A DNA stretch of 64,000 nucleotides from Eledone cirrhosa (lineage: Eukaryota). The notes under the pieces were generated by a model. That model searched no databases. It was not told where the DNA came from and saw nothing but the letters and a program-made list of their open reading frames with translations. Both the position numbers and the translations under genes were made by a program. This document shows positions 56,346 to 64,000 of the stretch, one piece after another. Where the stretch lies: the NCBI GenBank assembly GCA_964016885.1, contig OZ024761.1, forward strand, positions 21,266,001 through 21,330,000. Reading direction: 5' to 3'. Position 1 is the stretch's first letter; the number at the start of each line of letters is the position of its first letter.

Positions 56346-56658
56346 TTGTTTCAATATTATATTATTGTTGTTGTTCTGCAAATGGATGTGATATTTTAGC
56401 CACATTGAAACGTGCGTAGAAATGTAAGAATAAATAATAATAATTTCATATACTTAACTTTTATATAATTTTTTTTAATATATATATATATATATATTAG
56501 ATAGATAGATAAATAGACAAATAGGTTGATAAACATCTATATAGACAAATCCATAGAGGGAGGTATAAGCAGGCACAGACAAACAAAGAGAGAGAGAGAG
56601 ATAGAAAGCTATATAGATGGCTGGCTGTTTGTCCTTCCCATTAATCTGTGATATTCCT

Positions 56659-63269
<6,611 letters not shown>

Positions 63270-63469
63270 TTAATGAAAATTGTTGGTTTATTATTAGTTC
63301 TTTGTTATCTTACGTAATTACCAAATTTCTTTCATCACACATTTGCAACCACATCAATCACTATTCATATTCCACCCTGCTTCATCTTCTCTCTGTCTTA
63401 TATTATTTACTCTAATGGTTTGATAGAATGAAATGATTTGAAGAAACATTATTGCAATGCCTGATGTAT

Positions 63470-64000
63470 TGAAAGAAAAATCATCTCAAACCTGGGGTGT
63501 TTGAGTCGAGAGAATGGATACCTTGATGTCAAGCAGCACCATCTTTAGGGACTGCTCAAGTACACAGGTCCTTACCTGACTCTCACTTCCGGCTCTGCAA
63601 AATCTTTCAACCCTATTCCGATAACTGGTTAGAGTGGCAGGCTAATCTTGGTGAGAGATGCTGGATGCTGGAGTTGCTTGAAGTCTTCAGAATGAAATTC
63701 AGGAGAGAGAAACTCAACAGAAGCCTATTGTCAAAGGGGCCATTCCTCGTTTAACTCCAAACAGATAAGCATGATGTCCTCCCGTTTGTGTTTAGATCAG
63801 GATCGCTGTCCCTTCCGATCGCTCCTTTCCATGTCAGGTAATCAGTGCCAACACATACATTGAACTCCCTTGTTAGGATATATAACTCTGTCTTAACTAC
63901 ATCAAGGTTAGAATGTCTCAGGAAAGACTCACTTGACAAATTTTATGAAGAAAAACCAACCGGCAGGAGACCCAGGGGCAGACCATGAGCAAGATGGTTG
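63470..64000. mobile_element. Rearranged RTE (Expander-like) fragments: endonuclease on -, RT C-terminus on +
   Basis: Minus: ILTREFNVCVGTDYLTWKGAIGRDSDPDLNTNG. Plus 63905-64000: VRMSQERL...KPTGRRPRGRP, same family as the 65-bp satellite. Confidence 0.68.

Overview
AT-rich, microsatellite-laden eukaryotic genomic DNA. The repeat families suggest an octopus/cephalopod genome (inference). Two convergent spliced genes are present. A slingshot (SSH) cofilin phosphatase lies on + (15 coding exons, 1600-30644; the 5' exons lie upstream of the window). The last three coding exons of PDE6D lie on - (63169-56659). Introns and the intergenic region contain: an 8.3-kb 65-bp satellite amplified from inside an RTE LINE remnant; a 10.5-kb 82/81-bp satellite; RTE and CR1 LINE fragments; tRNA-derived SINEs; a 2-kb nested palindrome with eight CCGGAAGT motifs; and a 4-kb near-perfect head-to-head Penelope-like (PLE) palindrome in the last PDE6D intron. 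The most recurrent unexplained structure is a set of small fold-back elements of several unrelated sequence families. They sit in (TA)n tracts, carry type I hammerhead-ribozyme motifs (sometimes on both strands) and share the arm/inverted-arm/tail architecture of the large Penelope palindrome. All calls were made by eye; repeat boundaries are approximate.
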